Shown in pieces: positions 27,974 to 38,743 of a DNA stretch of 64,000 bases. The DNA is from Candidatus Latescibacterota bacterium (lineage in GTDB: Bacteria; Latescibacterota; UBA2968). The stretch lies in assembly GCA_965208125.1 (NCBI GenBank), contig OZ242320.1, forward strand, positions 1,248,001 to 1,312,000, written 5' to 3'. Within the stretch, counting starts at the first letter, position 1. Every line of letters starts with the position of its first letter. The notes under the pieces were generated by a model. That model searched no databases and was not told the DNA's origin. It saw only the letters and a list, made by a program, of their open reading frames with translations. The translations under genes and the position numbers were made by a program.

Positions 27974-29301
27974 ATTACACGCCACATACAGAACGCGATA
28001 TTCAGCACATGCTCAACGTGATCGGAGTAGCATCCACAGATGATCTGTTTGCACCCGTTCCCGAAACGCTGCGCCTGAACGCGCTCAATTTGCCCCCTGG
28101 AATCAGTGAAATGGAAGCGACGGCTTTTGTGCAATCGCTAACCGATTGCGGGAGCGAGACATCCCTATCGTTTTTGGGCGGAGGTGCTTACGATCACTTT
28201 TCGCCCAGCGTGGTCGATGCCATCATTTCACGAGGCGAATTTTTCACAGCCTACACGCCCTATCAGCCCGAAGTGAGCCAGGGAACCCTTCGGGCTATTT
28301 TTGAATTTCAATCCATGATTTGTGAACTGACCAACATGGAAGTCGCCAATGCGTCCATGTACGACGGTGCTTCTGCACTGGCTGAAGCCGTACTTATGTC
28401 GGTCCGGCTGAACAACCGCACGCGCGTCTTATTGCCGCGCAGCCTGCACCCATTTTACCGCCAGGTGGTGGCGACCTATGTGCGGGGGATAGATCTCGAA
28501 CTCGTGGATATCCCCTGGTCCGACTCCGGCGCACTGGATATCGCCGTTTTGAAGCGCGAATTGAACGACAACACTGCCGCCGTAGTCGTGCAAAATCCGA
28601 ATTTTTTGGGCGTGCTCGAACACCTACACGAAATTGGCGACCTGATCAACAATACCAGAACAGCTTTTATAGCCTGCGTCAACCCCATATCCCTGAGCGC
28701 GATTCGTCCGCCGGGCGACTTCGGCGCCGATATAGTCGTAGGCGATGGGCAGCCATTGGGCCTGCCCCTGTCTTACGGCGGACCTTATGTCGGCTTTTTT
28801 GCATCGCGGGACGCACACGTGCGAAAAATGCCTGGTCGCATCTGCGGCCAGACCACCGATGTAGATGGCAAGCGCGGCTTTGTACTGACATTGCAAACCC
28901 GCGAGCAACACATTCGACGCGAACGCGCCACATCAAACATCTGCACCAACCAGACCCTTTGCGCAACCGCAGCAACCGTGTACCTATCCTCTGTCGGACC
29001 GCAGGGCTTCCGCGAAGTTGGCGAATTGAACTGGCATCAAAGCCATCGCGCATTGCAGGCCTTGACCGCATTAGACGGCGTGCGCCAGAAATTCTCCGGT
29101 CCAATATTTAACGAATTCGTTCTGGAAACAGACCGCAAAGCATCCGATGTCCTGACGGCATTGCGGCATCGTGGCATCGAAGCCGGCATAGACCTGGGCA
29201 GATTTTATCCCGCACTCGAAAATTGTATTCTCACATGTGTCACAGAAAAATGCACAGACGCCGACATTGATCGCCTGATCGATGCATGGAGGACATTGTA
29301 A
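27970..29301 (+). CDS. gcvPA: Glycine decarboxylase subunit 1
   Basis: YTPYQPEVSQG, NASMYDG, REQHIRRERATSNICTN. Confidence 0.97.
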   Translation: MNYTPHTERDIQHMLNVIGVASTDDLFAPVPETLRLNALNLPPGISEMEATAFVQSLTDCGSETSLSFLGGGAYDHFSPSVVDAIISRGEFFTAYTPYQPEVSQGTLRAIFEFQSMICELTNMEVANASMYDGASALAEAVLMSVRLNNRTRVLLPRSLHPFYRQVVATYVRGIDLELVDIPWSDSGALDIAVLKRELNDNTAAVVVQNPNFLGVLEHLHEIGDLINNTRTAFIACVNPISLSAIRPPGDFGADIVVGDGQPLGLPLSYGGPYVGFFASRDAHVRKMPGRICGQTTDVDGKRGFVLTLQTREQHIRRERATSNICTNQTLCATAATVYLSSVGPQGFREVGELNWHQSHRALQALTALDGVRQKFSGPIFNEFVLETDRKASDVLTALRHRGIEAGIDLGRFYPALENCILTCVTEKCTDADIDRLIDAWRTL

Positions 29302-30740
29302 TGGATCGCGATATATTGATCTTTGAACGCGGCGCACCAGACAGACGCTGTGTCGCATTTCCCGCTGCCGTGGATTCCGGAACAGCGATACCCGAAACCA
29401 TGCGCCGCGACATCCCACCCGGTCTCCCCGAAGTGAGCGAACTGGAACTCGTGCGCCACTACACCGCGCTCTCACAGATGAATTTCAGCATCGATACGCA
29501 TTTTTATCCCCTGGGATCCTGCACGATGAAATACAATCCCAGAGTACATGAAAAAGCGGCGCGTATCCCACAGATCGCGGGATTGCATCCCCTATCGGAA
29601 AATACCCAACCCGCCCTGCAAGTCATCTGGGAAATGGAACAAGTGCTCAAAGCCGTCAGCGGAATGGATGGATTCACCTTTCAACCCACAGCCGGAGCGC
29701 AGGGCGAATTTGTGGGCATCTCACTGATCGCCGCCTATCACAGGGCACAGGACAACGCCAAAAAAATAGTCCTTATCCCCGACTCTGCCCACGGCACAAA
29801 CCCGGCAACCGCGGCAATCTGCGGATATGCAGTACAGGCGATAAAATCAACAGAACGCGGCACAGTTGACGTAGAGGACCTCAAAACGCACTTGACAGAA
29901 GACGTAGCCGGATTGATGTTGACCAATCCCAACACATTTGGCGTATTTGAAGACGAAATTGAAGACATCGCCACGTTGGTACACGACGCGGGTGGCCTCT
30001 TGTATTACGATGGCGCGAACCTGAATGCCTTTCTGGGCCAGTGTCGCCCCGGCGACATGGGCTTTGACGTCGTACACATCAACCTGCACAAAACATTTAC
30101 CACGCCTCACGGAGGCGGGGGACCCGGCTCTGGTCCGGTAGGCGTAAAAAAAGCACTCTTGCCATTCTTACCCCTGCCCGTAGTCCTGAAAGAAGGGGAT
30201 ACATTCAAGCTCGACTTTGACCGCCCGGAATCCATCGGCAAAGTGAGTTCATTCTACGGCAATTTTGGCATGGTCATACGCGCGCTGGTCTATGCCAAAA
30301 TGCTCGGCGCAGAAGGCATGCGCCGCACCAGTGAAATGGCCGTCTTGAATGCCAATTATATCGCGGCAAAACTCGACCCCCACTACGACCGCCCAAAAAA
30401 TGCACAACCCATGCACGAAATGGTATTCTCGGCATCGCGACAAAAAAAGGCGAACGGAATCACCGCAACCGACATCGCCAAACGGCTGATCGATTACGGC
30501 GTCCATCCGCCCACGATCTACTTTCCCCTGCCCAATGTCGCGCCCGAAACCATGCTAATCGAACCGACCGAAACCGAAAGCCTCGAACAGGTCAACGACT
30601 TTATCGAAGCCATGATTCAAATTGCAAAAGAAGCCGAAGAAAATCCCGACCTCCTCAGAGAAGCTCCCCACGCAACGCCCGTGCGAAGACTGGACGAAGC
30701 AACCGCCGCGCGAAAACCCATCCTGCGCTGGAAACTGTAA
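29301..30740 (+). CDS. gcvPB: Glycine decarboxylase subunit 2
   Basis: PLGSCTMKYN, NLHKTFTTPHGGGGPG, IEPTETE; TAATG coupling. Confidence 0.97.
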   Translation: MDRDILIFERGAPDRRCVAFPAAVDSGTAIPETMRRDIPPGLPEVSELELVRHYTALSQMNFSIDTHFYPLGSCTMKYNPRVHEKAARIPQIAGLHPLSENTQPALQVIWEMEQVLKAVSGMDGFTFQPTAGAQGEFVGISLIAAYHRAQDNAKKIVLIPDSAHGTNPATAAICGYAVQAIKSTERGTVDVEDLKTHLTEDVAGLMLTNPNTFGVFEDEIEDIATLVHDAGGLLYYDGANLNAFLGQCRPGDMGFDVVHINLHKTFTTPHGGGGPGSGPVGVKKALLPFLPLPVVLKEGDTFKLDFDRPESIGKVSSFYGNFGMVIRALVYAKMLGAEGMRRTSEMAVLNANYIAAKLDPHYDRPKNAQPMHEMVFSASRQKKANGITATDIAKRLIDYGVHPPTIYFPLPNVAPETMLIEPTETESLEQVNDFIEAMIQIAKEAEENPDLLREAPHATPVRRLDEATAARKPILRWKL

Positions 30741-30768
30741 AACACCACACCAAAAAGCAGGTGTTATC

Positions 30769-31587
30769 ATGTCCTTCCAATTCACAGAAAAACACATCGC
30801 CGATTACCACACCCTCGGCTACACCATTTTCCAGGACATCATACCCACATCCCTGGTCACAGACCTGCGCCGCGTCACTGACAAAGCCAGAGAAATAGCG
30901 CGCAAAGTCACCGGACCACAGGCGCAGCGTCTCCAGCCCATAGCCAAATACGACCTCGACCAGCACCCCTTCAAAGACTACGGCGCGTTACCAGAACTCA
31001 ACGACGCCATCCATCGCGTCCTCACCCCGCATCACTACCACGCCGACCTCAACCGCACCGGCATCCTGCTCGAACCCGCCCAATACCCCTGGTGTACGGA
31101 CTGGCACCGCGACTGGCGTGATCACATGCCCCGGGAAGTATTCGAATCTGAATTTCGCGAAGAATGGCAATGGCAATCCTTCCACATCGACTACCAGAAC
31201 CAGGTCAACTGCGCCCTATACGAAGACCCCTCCACCTGGATCGTACCCGGCAGCCACTATCGCCAGCGCAACCTCCCCGGCGAAACCGCCGCCAAAAACG
31301 CCTATGACCGCGACAAATTCCGCAATCAGAAACCCGTATCCAACGAACAACAAGAACGCGACTGCCTCGACTACACGCGCAACATGCCCGGTGCAGTGCA
31401 ACTGCGCCTCAACGCGGGCGACTTCGCCCTCTACCGCTCCAGCGCCTGGCACCTCGGCAACTACGTCCCCTACAGAAAACGCGCCACCATCCACGACTTC
31501 TGCGGCACACCTGAATATTCCCAACACATCAACGAACGCGTTGAAAGAAAAGAAACCGCCATCAAACGCCTTGCATCTGCGACATAA
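30769..31587 (+). CDS. Phytanoyl-CoA dioxygenase (PhyH) family protein
   Basis: WHRD, IVPGSH, distal His (AWH), RAT. Confidence 0.85.
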   Translation: MSFQFTEKHIADYHTLGYTIFQDIIPTSLVTDLRRVTDKAREIARKVTGPQAQRLQPIAKYDLDQHPFKDYGALPELNDAIHRVLTPHHYHADLNRTGILLEPAQYPWCTDWHRDWRDHMPREVFESEFREEWQWQSFHIDYQNQVNCALYEDPSTWIVPGSHYRQRNLPGETAAKNAYDRDKFRNQKPVSNEQQERDCLDYTRNMPGAVQLRLNAGDFALYRSSAWHLGNYVPYRKRATIHDFCGTPEYSQHINERVERKETAIKRLASAT

Positions 31588-31689
31588 ATACATCCGACGT
31601 CATGCACATAACTATTGTCTCTGAATTTTTCTATTCGTAAATTTAGCAACAATTATACAAATCACACGTTCACCTACAGGAGCCATGTC

Positions 31690-32460
31690 ATGCAACTCAC
31701 ACCCGAACAAATCCGCGAATTTTACGACCGCGGTTACGTCAAAATACCTGGAGCCATATCAAAAGCCATGGTCGATACCGCGCGTCAGGCCGTCAACCAT
31801 TCCATCGGCACCCTGGGCCCAAATGGCGAAGACATGTCCAAACATCGCGCAGCGCAATTCTGCCGCGACTTGAATGGTGCCCCGGTTATCATGAACCTCT
31901 TCAACGCCAGCCCGGTCATCTCCCTCGCCGAATCCCTCATGGGAGAAGGCAACTTGCAAAAACCCATCAGAGGCGCGCAAGTCGCCCCGCGCTTTCCCAC
32001 AGTAATCGGCGAAGTCCCACCCGAACCGCGAGGCCATCTCGACGGCATGGGCACCGGCACAAATGGCATGCCAAAAGGCGTGTACCGCCGCGGATTCACG
32101 GCCTTCGCCGTCATCTATCTCGCCGACGTACCCGAACCCTACAGCGGCAACTTCACCGTCTGGCCCCAATCCCATCGCTTCTTTGAAAACTACCTCAAAC
32201 GCGAGGGCCTCGAAACACTCTCCAACGGCACCCCCCGCGTTGACCTGCCCGAAGGACCGGACATGGTCACCGGAAACGCTGGCGACCTCATCATCGCACA
32301 CCATCAGATGATCCACACCGGTGGCCCCAACGCCTCGCCCAACATACGCTACGCCGCCATCGCGCGCCTCCGCCACATCGACTGCGACAAAAATGGCAAC
32401 GACGGCTTCCAGGACATCTGGCGCGAATTTCCCTGCGTACGCGAAGCAGTAGCGGCGTAA
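31690..32460 (+). CDS. PhyH family protein
   Basis: GHLD, VWPQSH, IHTGGPNASPNIR. Confidence 0.85.
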   Translation: MQLTPEQIREFYDRGYVKIPGAISKAMVDTARQAVNHSIGTLGPNGEDMSKHRAAQFCRDLNGAPVIMNLFNASPVISLAESLMGEGNLQKPIRGAQVAPRFPTVIGEVPPEPRGHLDGMGTGTNGMPKGVYRRGFTAFAVIYLADVPEPYSGNFTVWPQSHRFFENYLKREGLETLSNGTPRVDLPEGPDMVTGNAGDLIIAHHQMIHTGGPNASPNIRYAAIARLRHIDCDKNGNDGFQDIWREFPCVREAVAA

Positions 32461-32486
32461 ACCATCTCACTGGGGGAAATAACACC

Positions 32487-33248
32487 ATGTTAAACCAGGC
32501 ACAAAAACGCCAATTCGCAGAAGAAGGCTACCTCAAAATCCCAGGAGCTGTCCCCAAAAGCATGATCGAAACATCTCTCCGCGCCGTCAACCATTCCATC
32601 GGCAACGTCGGCATTGGCGGTGAAGACCTCTCCAGGCATCGCTCCGGCTTCTTTTGCGCCGAACTTCTGGATGCGCCCTTCATACTCGACATGTACAACA
32701 AAACTCCGGTCATGCAAATCGCCGAATCGCTCATGGGCAAAGGCAATGTCCTCCCCGTTGAACGCGCCAAAACCTATCCGCGCTTTCCCCTCCCTCTCGG
32801 ACAAGAACCATCGCCACCGCGCGGACACATCGACGGCATTGGCAGCGGCACCAACGGCACGGCCAAAGGCGATTACAAACGCTCATTCGCCGCCTTCGCC
32901 GTCGTCTATCTCGTCGATGTACCCGAACCCTACAGCGGCAACTTCACCGTCTGGCCCCAATCCCATCGCTTCTTTGCCTCCTACTTCACAGAACACGGCC
33001 ACGAAGTACTCGCCAACGGCATGCCCAGGCCCGACCTGCCCAAAGACCCCATAATGATCACCGGCAACGCGGGCGACCTCATCATCGCGCATCATCAAGT
33101 CGTTCACGGAGCCTGTCTCAACGCATCGCCCAACGTGCGCCTGGCAACCATCACCCGCCTCAAGCACAAAGACACCGACGAAATCGGCAAAGACGCGTAC
33201 ACAGACATCTGGCGCGAGTGGCCTGGCGTCCGCGACATCCTATCATAA
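32487..33248 (+). CDS. PhyH family protein (tandem paralogue of the previous gene)
   Basis: GHID, VWPQSH, VHGACLNASPNVR. Confidence 0.85.
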   Translation: MLNQAQKRQFAEEGYLKIPGAVPKSMIETSLRAVNHSIGNVGIGGEDLSRHRSGFFCAELLDAPFILDMYNKTPVMQIAESLMGKGNVLPVERAKTYPRFPLPLGQEPSPPRGHIDGIGSGTNGTAKGDYKRSFAAFAVVYLVDVPEPYSGNFTVWPQSHRFFASYFTEHGHEVLANGMPRPDLPKDPIMITGNAGDLIIAHHQVVHGACLNASPNVRLATITRLKHKDTDEIGKDAYTDIWREWPGVRDILS

Positions 33249-33256
33249 GATCCACC

Positions 33257-34039
33257 ATGTCCATCACCATCACCGAAGCGCAAAAACAACAATACAAAGA
33301 CGAAGGCTATTTCATCCTCGAAGCCGTCATACCCGAGCACCACCTCGAACTCCTGCGCGACGAATGCCAGACCTTCATCGACACCATGCACGCGCGCATG
33401 GACGAGCAGGGCACGGACACCATCGGCATCAACCACCGCAACAAACGCTACTTCGTCTCCAACTGCTTTCGCCAGCAACCCAAACTCCGCGCCTTCCTCT
33501 TCAGCGACCTCATGGCCGAAATATGCCGTGCCACCCTCGGCGAAAACGCGTACCTCTTCTGGGAACAATACGTCGTCAAAGGCGCGGAAACCGGCATGAA
33601 ATTCTCCTGGCATCAGGACTCGGGCTATGTCGGTTATCCCGACCACAAACCGTATCTCACCTGCTGGTGCGCGCTCGACGACATGAGCGAAGAAAACGGC
33701 ACCGTCCATCTCCTGCCCTATTCGCGCAGCGGCATTCGCTCGTGGGTACACCACATCGTCGAAGAAGGCAGCAATGACAAAGTCGGCTACTTTGGCAGCG
33801 ACCCCGGCCTCATTGCAGAAGTCCCCGCAGGCAGCATTGTTGCCTTCTCCAGCATCGTCTTCCACAGCAGCAGCACCAACACCACCTCAAAACTGCGCCG
33901 CGCGTACCTGGGCCAATACTCCTGCGAACCCATCCTATCCTCCGACGGCAACAAACTCTGGGGCAACGCCGAACCCTTCCTCCGCAATGGCAAATCCACA
34001 GTCGGCGAATCCCCACCCGACCTGCCATCGAGATTGTAA
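33257..34039 (+). CDS. PhyH family protein
   Basis: WHQD, WCALDD..ENG, FHSS..N...LRR. Confidence 0.9.
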   Translation: MSITITEAQKQQYKDEGYFILEAVIPEHHLELLRDECQTFIDTMHARMDEQGTDTIGINHRNKRYFVSNCFRQQPKLRAFLFSDLMAEICRATLGENAYLFWEQYVVKGAETGMKFSWHQDSGYVGYPDHKPYLTCWCALDDMSEENGTVHLLPYSRSGIRSWVHHIVEEGSNDKVGYFGSDPGLIAEVPAGSIVAFSSIVFHSSSTNTTSKLRRAYLGQYSCEPILSSDGNKLWGNAEPFLRNGKSTVGESPPDLPSRL

Positions 34040-34040
34040 A

Positions 34041-35366
34041 CTAAAACTCCCGCCACCAGTACGGATTGGACAACTCCCCCGGATAATTGGAATGCACCAA
34101 TTCGTAAACCCCCGTACCCCGCCGATCTCTAAACACAAATTCGTAGCGCCGCGCGATCTCGTAAAACCACACCTCCGACGGTTTCTGACCCGCTGCAGAA
34201 GTCCGGTAATCAATATCATCGGGCGGCCCATACTGTATATAAACCCGTCCACGGTCCGTATCCGATCCCCTTACACCAGCCCCAAAATGCGTCTCCACAT
34301 AATGCATACGCATCAAATGCTGTAACAGACGCTCATTAGTCGGCGTATCGGGCGCGTCGTCCAACTGCTTCCAAAATACCTTCAAAAATGCCAGCCTGGC
34401 AGGCCAGGTCTCCAGCGCGTCATAAGTCCTCCGCGTCTTCTCATCGGTGATATACCGGATATCTGCATAATACCCGATCAAATCCCTCTGCACCTGAGTA
34501 AGCCCCTCGGGCAAATCTTTTGACACCAGAAAAATGGGACGTCTCGTCTGAAAATACTGCCGACTGCTCCCATCAAACGCCTCCACCTGAAGATCATAAG
34601 TCCCCTTCCGCAAACCCTCTGTATCCAGAACCTCCGCCCTCACACAACTCTCCCCCGGCTTTAAAAACCGCTTGGCCGGATAAGTACGCACAACCATCCC
34701 CTCCGCATCGATCAGACGGTACCCCATAATAAAACTCTCGCCCGACGACGACAGATTATACACCTCAAAATAAATCTGCAGCGGCTCTCCGATAACATAA
34801 TTTCGGGTAATATTCGGCACGACCTTCCAGCCCTGCTTGACAAACCGATGCACTTCCCCGCTTCGCGCCACGCTAAAAGCCAGTTGCAGATCGCTAAACA
34901 CCAGCCCCACGCGACGCTCGTAATCCGGTATCTGAAGCGGCACAGTACAACGCCCACTCTCCTCCGCGTGGATATCCTTAATCTGCACAATCAGCCGATA
35001 AGCACCCGGCGTCAAATCAAAGAAAACAGCATCCTTAAACGGTGCCCCAATCCCCACATCCAATTCCGGAACAGCAACCTGCTGAACCCATGTCCGGTGA
35101 ACCACCCGATTATCCAGCGTATCCAGCACCACAGCGACCAGAGAAATCTTTCCAACAGACTCACCCGCCTGTTCCCGCAGCTCAAGCTGACTCGCATCCA
35201 GCAACAGTGCCACCTCCTGACGGGTATATCCCTCAGGACCCCGAAAAGCCGACAAATCGACAAAAAAACGCAGGTTGCCCACACTCTTCAAAGGCAAATC
35301 CTGCGCTCCTATGCCATCTGCATGCAACCAGATGAGCAGCACCGCGACACAACGTATCCATCTCAT
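34041..35366 (-). CDS. GWxTD-domain-like secreted protein
   Basis: Signal peptide; FWK..D..PDTPTNE, GSDTDRGRVYIQYGPPD, EVWFY, FVF.D. Confidence 0.85.
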   Translation of the reverse strand: MRWIRCVAVLLIWLHADGIGAQDLPLKSVGNLRFFVDLSAFRGPEGYTRQEVALLLDASQLELREQAGESVGKISLVAVVLDTLDNRVVHRTWVQQVAVPELDVGIGAPFKDAVFFDLTPGAYRLIVQIKDIHAEESGRCTVPLQIPDYERRVGLVFSDLQLAFSVARSGEVHRFVKQGWKVVPNITRNYVIGEPLQIYFEVYNLSSSGESFIMGYRLIDAEGMVVRTYPAKRFLKPGESCVRAEVLDTEGLRKGTYDLQVEAFDGSSRQYFQTRRPIFLVSKDLPEGLTQVQRDLIGYYADIRYITDEKTRRTYDALETWPARLAFLKVFWKQLDDAPDTPTNERLLQHLMRMHYVETHFGAGVRGSDTDRGRVYIQYGPPDDIDYRTSAAGQKPSEVWFYEIARRYEFVFRDRRGTGVYELVHSNYPGELSNPYWWREF

Positions 35367-35378
35367 GTCGTATCTTTC

Positions 35379-36230
35379 TCAATTAGAAATTAAATGACCA
35401 GCCTCCTCCATCAATCGCAGCCAATCCTCATGACCGCTTGCCACCCGACCCGGGTCTATCTCACTTCTCGCAACAAAGCCCGGCACCTCCTCGCGCCCGG
35501 TTGGCAACCTGTAATCGCTATATCGAATATCCAGACTCCAGCGAATATGATCGGACGCATTCGGGAATGAGCGATGTATTGTCTTATGCTGAATCAGCGC
35601 GGCACCCCCGGCTGGCAGCACGGACAAAACGCGATCGCCCGGCGGCAGCCTATCCTCGGGAATCTCCTTCTCTGAATCCGCCGGATCGTGCGGAATAATA
35701 CCGTGCTTGTGACTCCCCGCCAAAATCTCCAGACAGCCATTCTCCACATCCGTATCCACCAGCGGCACCCAGAAATTGATCATAAACGTCTTCTCCACCT
35801 CCGGATCCAGAAACGCGATATCCTGATGCCACAACACCTCTGCTTCGCCGGGCATCTTTGCGCGGATATTAAACTGCGGATGCACCAGAATTTCCGGCCC
35901 AATAATCAACTCTACCACATCCAGAATAGCCGGATGCGTCAGCAAAAAAAACAAACCCGCAGTCTTGTGAGCCTTACCCAAAATCTCACCTGCAAAACGC
36001 TTATCCGTCCCCAGAGCCTCGCACAAATAAGCCAATCGACACTCAAAAGGCGCGTCCTCAAAAAGACTCTCCAATTGACCCAGAGCATAAGCCTCTCTCG
36101 CCTTTTGTCCAATCACCGCATCAAACTCATCCACAAGCGGCTGATACGCCTCCGAGGGCAAACATTCGTCCAGCAACAAATACCCTTCATCCTTGTAAAA
36201 AGCAATCTGCTCACCAGTCAAACCGCCCAT
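35379..36230 (-). CDS. PhyH family protein
   Basis: WHQD, WVPLVD..ENGCL, IHRS.PN.SDHIRWS. Confidence 0.9.
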   Translation of the reverse strand: MGGLTGEQIAFYKDEGYLLLDECLPSEAYQPLVDEFDAVIGQKAREAYALGQLESLFEDAPFECRLAYLCEALGTDKRFAGEILGKAHKTAGLFFLLTHPAILDVVELIIGPEILVHPQFNIRAKMPGEAEVLWHQDIAFLDPEVEKTFMINFWVPLVDTDVENGCLEILAGSHKHGIIPHDPADSEKEIPEDRLPPGDRVLSVLPAGGAALIQHKTIHRSFPNASDHIRWSLDIRYSDYRLPTGREEVPGFVARSEIDPGRVASGHEDWLRLMEEAGHLISN

Positions 36231-36240
36231 GATTTATCTC

Positions 36241-37020
36241 CTATTGATTCCACACCTCGCAGCCACCAAACGCCATAGTCTCACCCGGAACATATCGCGG
36301 ACGCGCCGCATACACATTTGCAACATCCGGAGAGGCTTTGCCCCGCACGAGAATATTCTCGTGATCTTCTCTATTCACCCATGTCGTCGTCGGAATATAC
36401 CGCAACGTGAGACCAACGCGCCACTGATCCGAAGTATTGGCATTGGAACCGTGGATAATATTCGGATTGTGGATCGAAACATCGCCCGCATTGAGCTCCA
36501 GATCAACCGCATCGGAATCGTCGATCTGATCCGGATGAATACCCACACCCAGCACGTACTTTTCCTGATCCAGATCAATGAGATCGCGGCGCTTGAGCAA
36601 ATGCTTGTTATGCGTCCCCGGCAACACTCGCATACAGCCATTCTCAACCTTCGAAGGCGTCCCCGCAACCCACAAAGTCGTCACTTCCATCGGCTCGAGG
36701 GGCCAATAAGATCCATCTTGATGCCACTGTACCGCCTGACCATCGCCCGGAGGTTTGGCGATATAATGTGCGGCAAACATCGCGACATTCGGCCCGAGAA
36801 ATTGCTCGGCAATATCTACAAGGCGTTCATCGCCCACGAGCCGGTGCATAAATGGATCGCGGGCGAGCAAATGGTGATGCAAACGCTCTGGACGCACGCC
36901 GGGATTCCTCTCAATAAGCCAATGGACGTGTTGCACCGTCTCCTCTGCGAGCGCCGCATCAATAGCCTTACGCGCGATAGCATAGCCATTTTGATCGTAT
37001 TCATTACGCAAATTATTCAT
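36241..37020 (-). CDS. PhyH family protein
   Basis: WHQDGSYW, ENGCMRVLPGTH, IHGSNANTSDQWR. Confidence 0.92.
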   Translation of the reverse strand: MNNLRNEYDQNGYAIARKAIDAALAEETVQHVHWLIERNPGVRPERLHHHLLARDPFMHRLVGDERLVDIAEQFLGPNVAMFAAHYIAKPPGDGQAVQWHQDGSYWPLEPMEVTTLWVAGTPSKVENGCMRVLPGTHNKHLLKRRDLIDLDQEKYVLGVGIHPDQIDDSDAVDLELNAGDVSIHNPNIIHGSNANTSDQWRVGLTLRYIPTTTWVNREDHENILVRGKASPDVANVYAARPRYVPGETMAFGGCEVWNQ

Positions 37021-37139
37021 AGTACGCTTTCAAACGACAGTTGATAGGTCGGGAAAAGGATTTCCCTCCTACAAGGTGGCTCAACATCATCCCTCCAGCC
37101 TTTAATCACTGGATAGAGGCGTTCCAGTGCAGGCTCTGA

Positions 37140-38597
37140 TCATCCTGATCGAATTTGTCGCAACCTGTTCGCCATCCGCTCGGCAACATCGGGATGGATC
37201 GACGCCATATTCTCAATCTGCCCGATATCATCCGCAAGATAGTAAAGTTGAGGAACTGGAGAATTGCCAGTCTCAATATTCACATTCGTATTCACAGGCG
37301 GACCCTGATGGGGCGGAATAAACACCCAATCCCCCTGCCTCAAAACGGTCTTTGCCTGAATACCCTCCAGAACAATCTCCGCGCGACCCTCATCGCTTTG
37401 CCCCAGCAGAGCATCGAGCACATCCACACTATCGGGACCCGCATTCGCATCCAGCGACACGCCTGCAAGAGCAGCAAAAGACGCGAAAAAATCGACCTGA
37501 CTGACCAGCGCATCAGATTCGCCTATCTCCACAGCACCGGGCCAGGAAACAATAAAAGGCACGCGAGTACCCCCATCGTACATACTGTATTTTCCCCCGC
37601 GCAACGGACCTGCCGGCCGGTGATCGCCGCACAGCTCAACCGCCTCGTCGTAATAACCATCATTCAACACCGGACCGTTATCACTGGAAAAAACCACAAC
37701 AGTATCTTCTTTCAAACCACACCGATCAAGCGCATCGAGCATCTCGCCCACACACCAATCCATCTCGGCAATCGCATCGCCGCGCGAGCCCAATCCAGTG
37801 CTACCCACAAATCGGGGATGGGGCAACCGCGGAACATGGGGCTGGTGAAAAGCGTAATACAAGAAAAAAGGACCATCCTTGTTCTTCTCGACAAATGAAA
37901 CGGCCTTTTCCAAAAACACATCGGCCATATCTTCATCCACCCAAAGAGCTGCCTCGCCCCCCCTCATATACCCGATCCGACTCACGCCATTGACAATACT
38001 CATATCGTGCCCGTGGTGGAACTTCATCTTCAGCAACTCGGGATTGTCTTTCCCGGTCGGCAAACCGGGAAACGGCTTATTCTTATCGTACTCCACCTCA
38101 ATCGGATCGGACGGATCGAGACCCACAACATCTCTGCCATCCAGATACACACAGGGCACGCGATCATTGGTCGCGGCCATGATATAAGAATAGTCAAACC
38201 CAATATCCAGAGGCGTTAGCGGAAGCGGCTCATTCCAATTCTGATTCCCCTCTCCAATACCCAGATGCCACTTACCAACAACACCCGTTGTATAACCAGC
38301 CTCCTTGAGAACAGAAGGCAACGTAGCAGTACCCGGATCTATAATAAGCGGAGCATCGCCGGGCAAAATATGCGCGCGTTCATTGCGCCAGGAATAAGAC
38401 CCTGTAAGCAGGCTATAGCGCGAAGGAGTACACGTCGCCGCCGTAGCATACCCGTGGTAAAACACCAACCCCTCGGAAGCCAACCGATCAATATTGGGCG
38501 TATCGAGCGCCGTAGCACCATAACAACTCACATCTCCAAAACCGAGATCATCCGCGTACATAACAACAATATTGGGACGCTTTGCCGAATCCGTCAT
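37140..38597 (-). CDS. Sulfatase (formylglycine-dependent, Cys-type)
   Basis: ADDLG, CTPSRYSLLTG, GKWHLG, SSDNG; AAAGGA RBS before ATG 38597. Confidence 0.95.
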   Translation of the reverse strand: MTDSAKRPNIVVMYADDLGFGDVSCYGATALDTPNIDRLASEGLVFYHGYATAATCTPSRYSLLTGSYSWRNERAHILPGDAPLIIDPGTATLPSVLKEAGYTTGVVGKWHLGIGEGNQNWNEPLPLTPLDIGFDYSYIMAATNDRVPCVYLDGRDVVGLDPSDPIEVEYDKNKPFPGLPTGKDNPELLKMKFHHGHDMSIVNGVSRIGYMRGGEAALWVDEDMADVFLEKAVSFVEKNKDGPFFLYYAFHQPHVPRLPHPRFVGSTGLGSRGDAIAEMDWCVGEMLDALDRCGLKEDTVVVFSSDNGPVLNDGYYDEAVELCGDHRPAGPLRGGKYSMYDGGTRVPFIVSWPGAVEIGESDALVSQVDFFASFAALAGVSLDANAGPDSVDVLDALLGQSDEGRAEIVLEGIQAKTVLRQGDWVFIPPHQGPPVNTNVNIETGNSPVPQLYYLADDIGQIENMASIHPDVAERMANRLRQIRSG

Positions 38598-38743
38598 ATT
38601 TGTTCTATCCTTTCTCATGCATGGTAATGAACTACTGGCGCAATTGTACCTCGTTGCGTACATTACGGGTTCGCAATATAGGGCGTTATCCAAACCACAA
38701 GCAAGCGGAAACGATTACCACACCCATTTACAAAGGAGAATAT

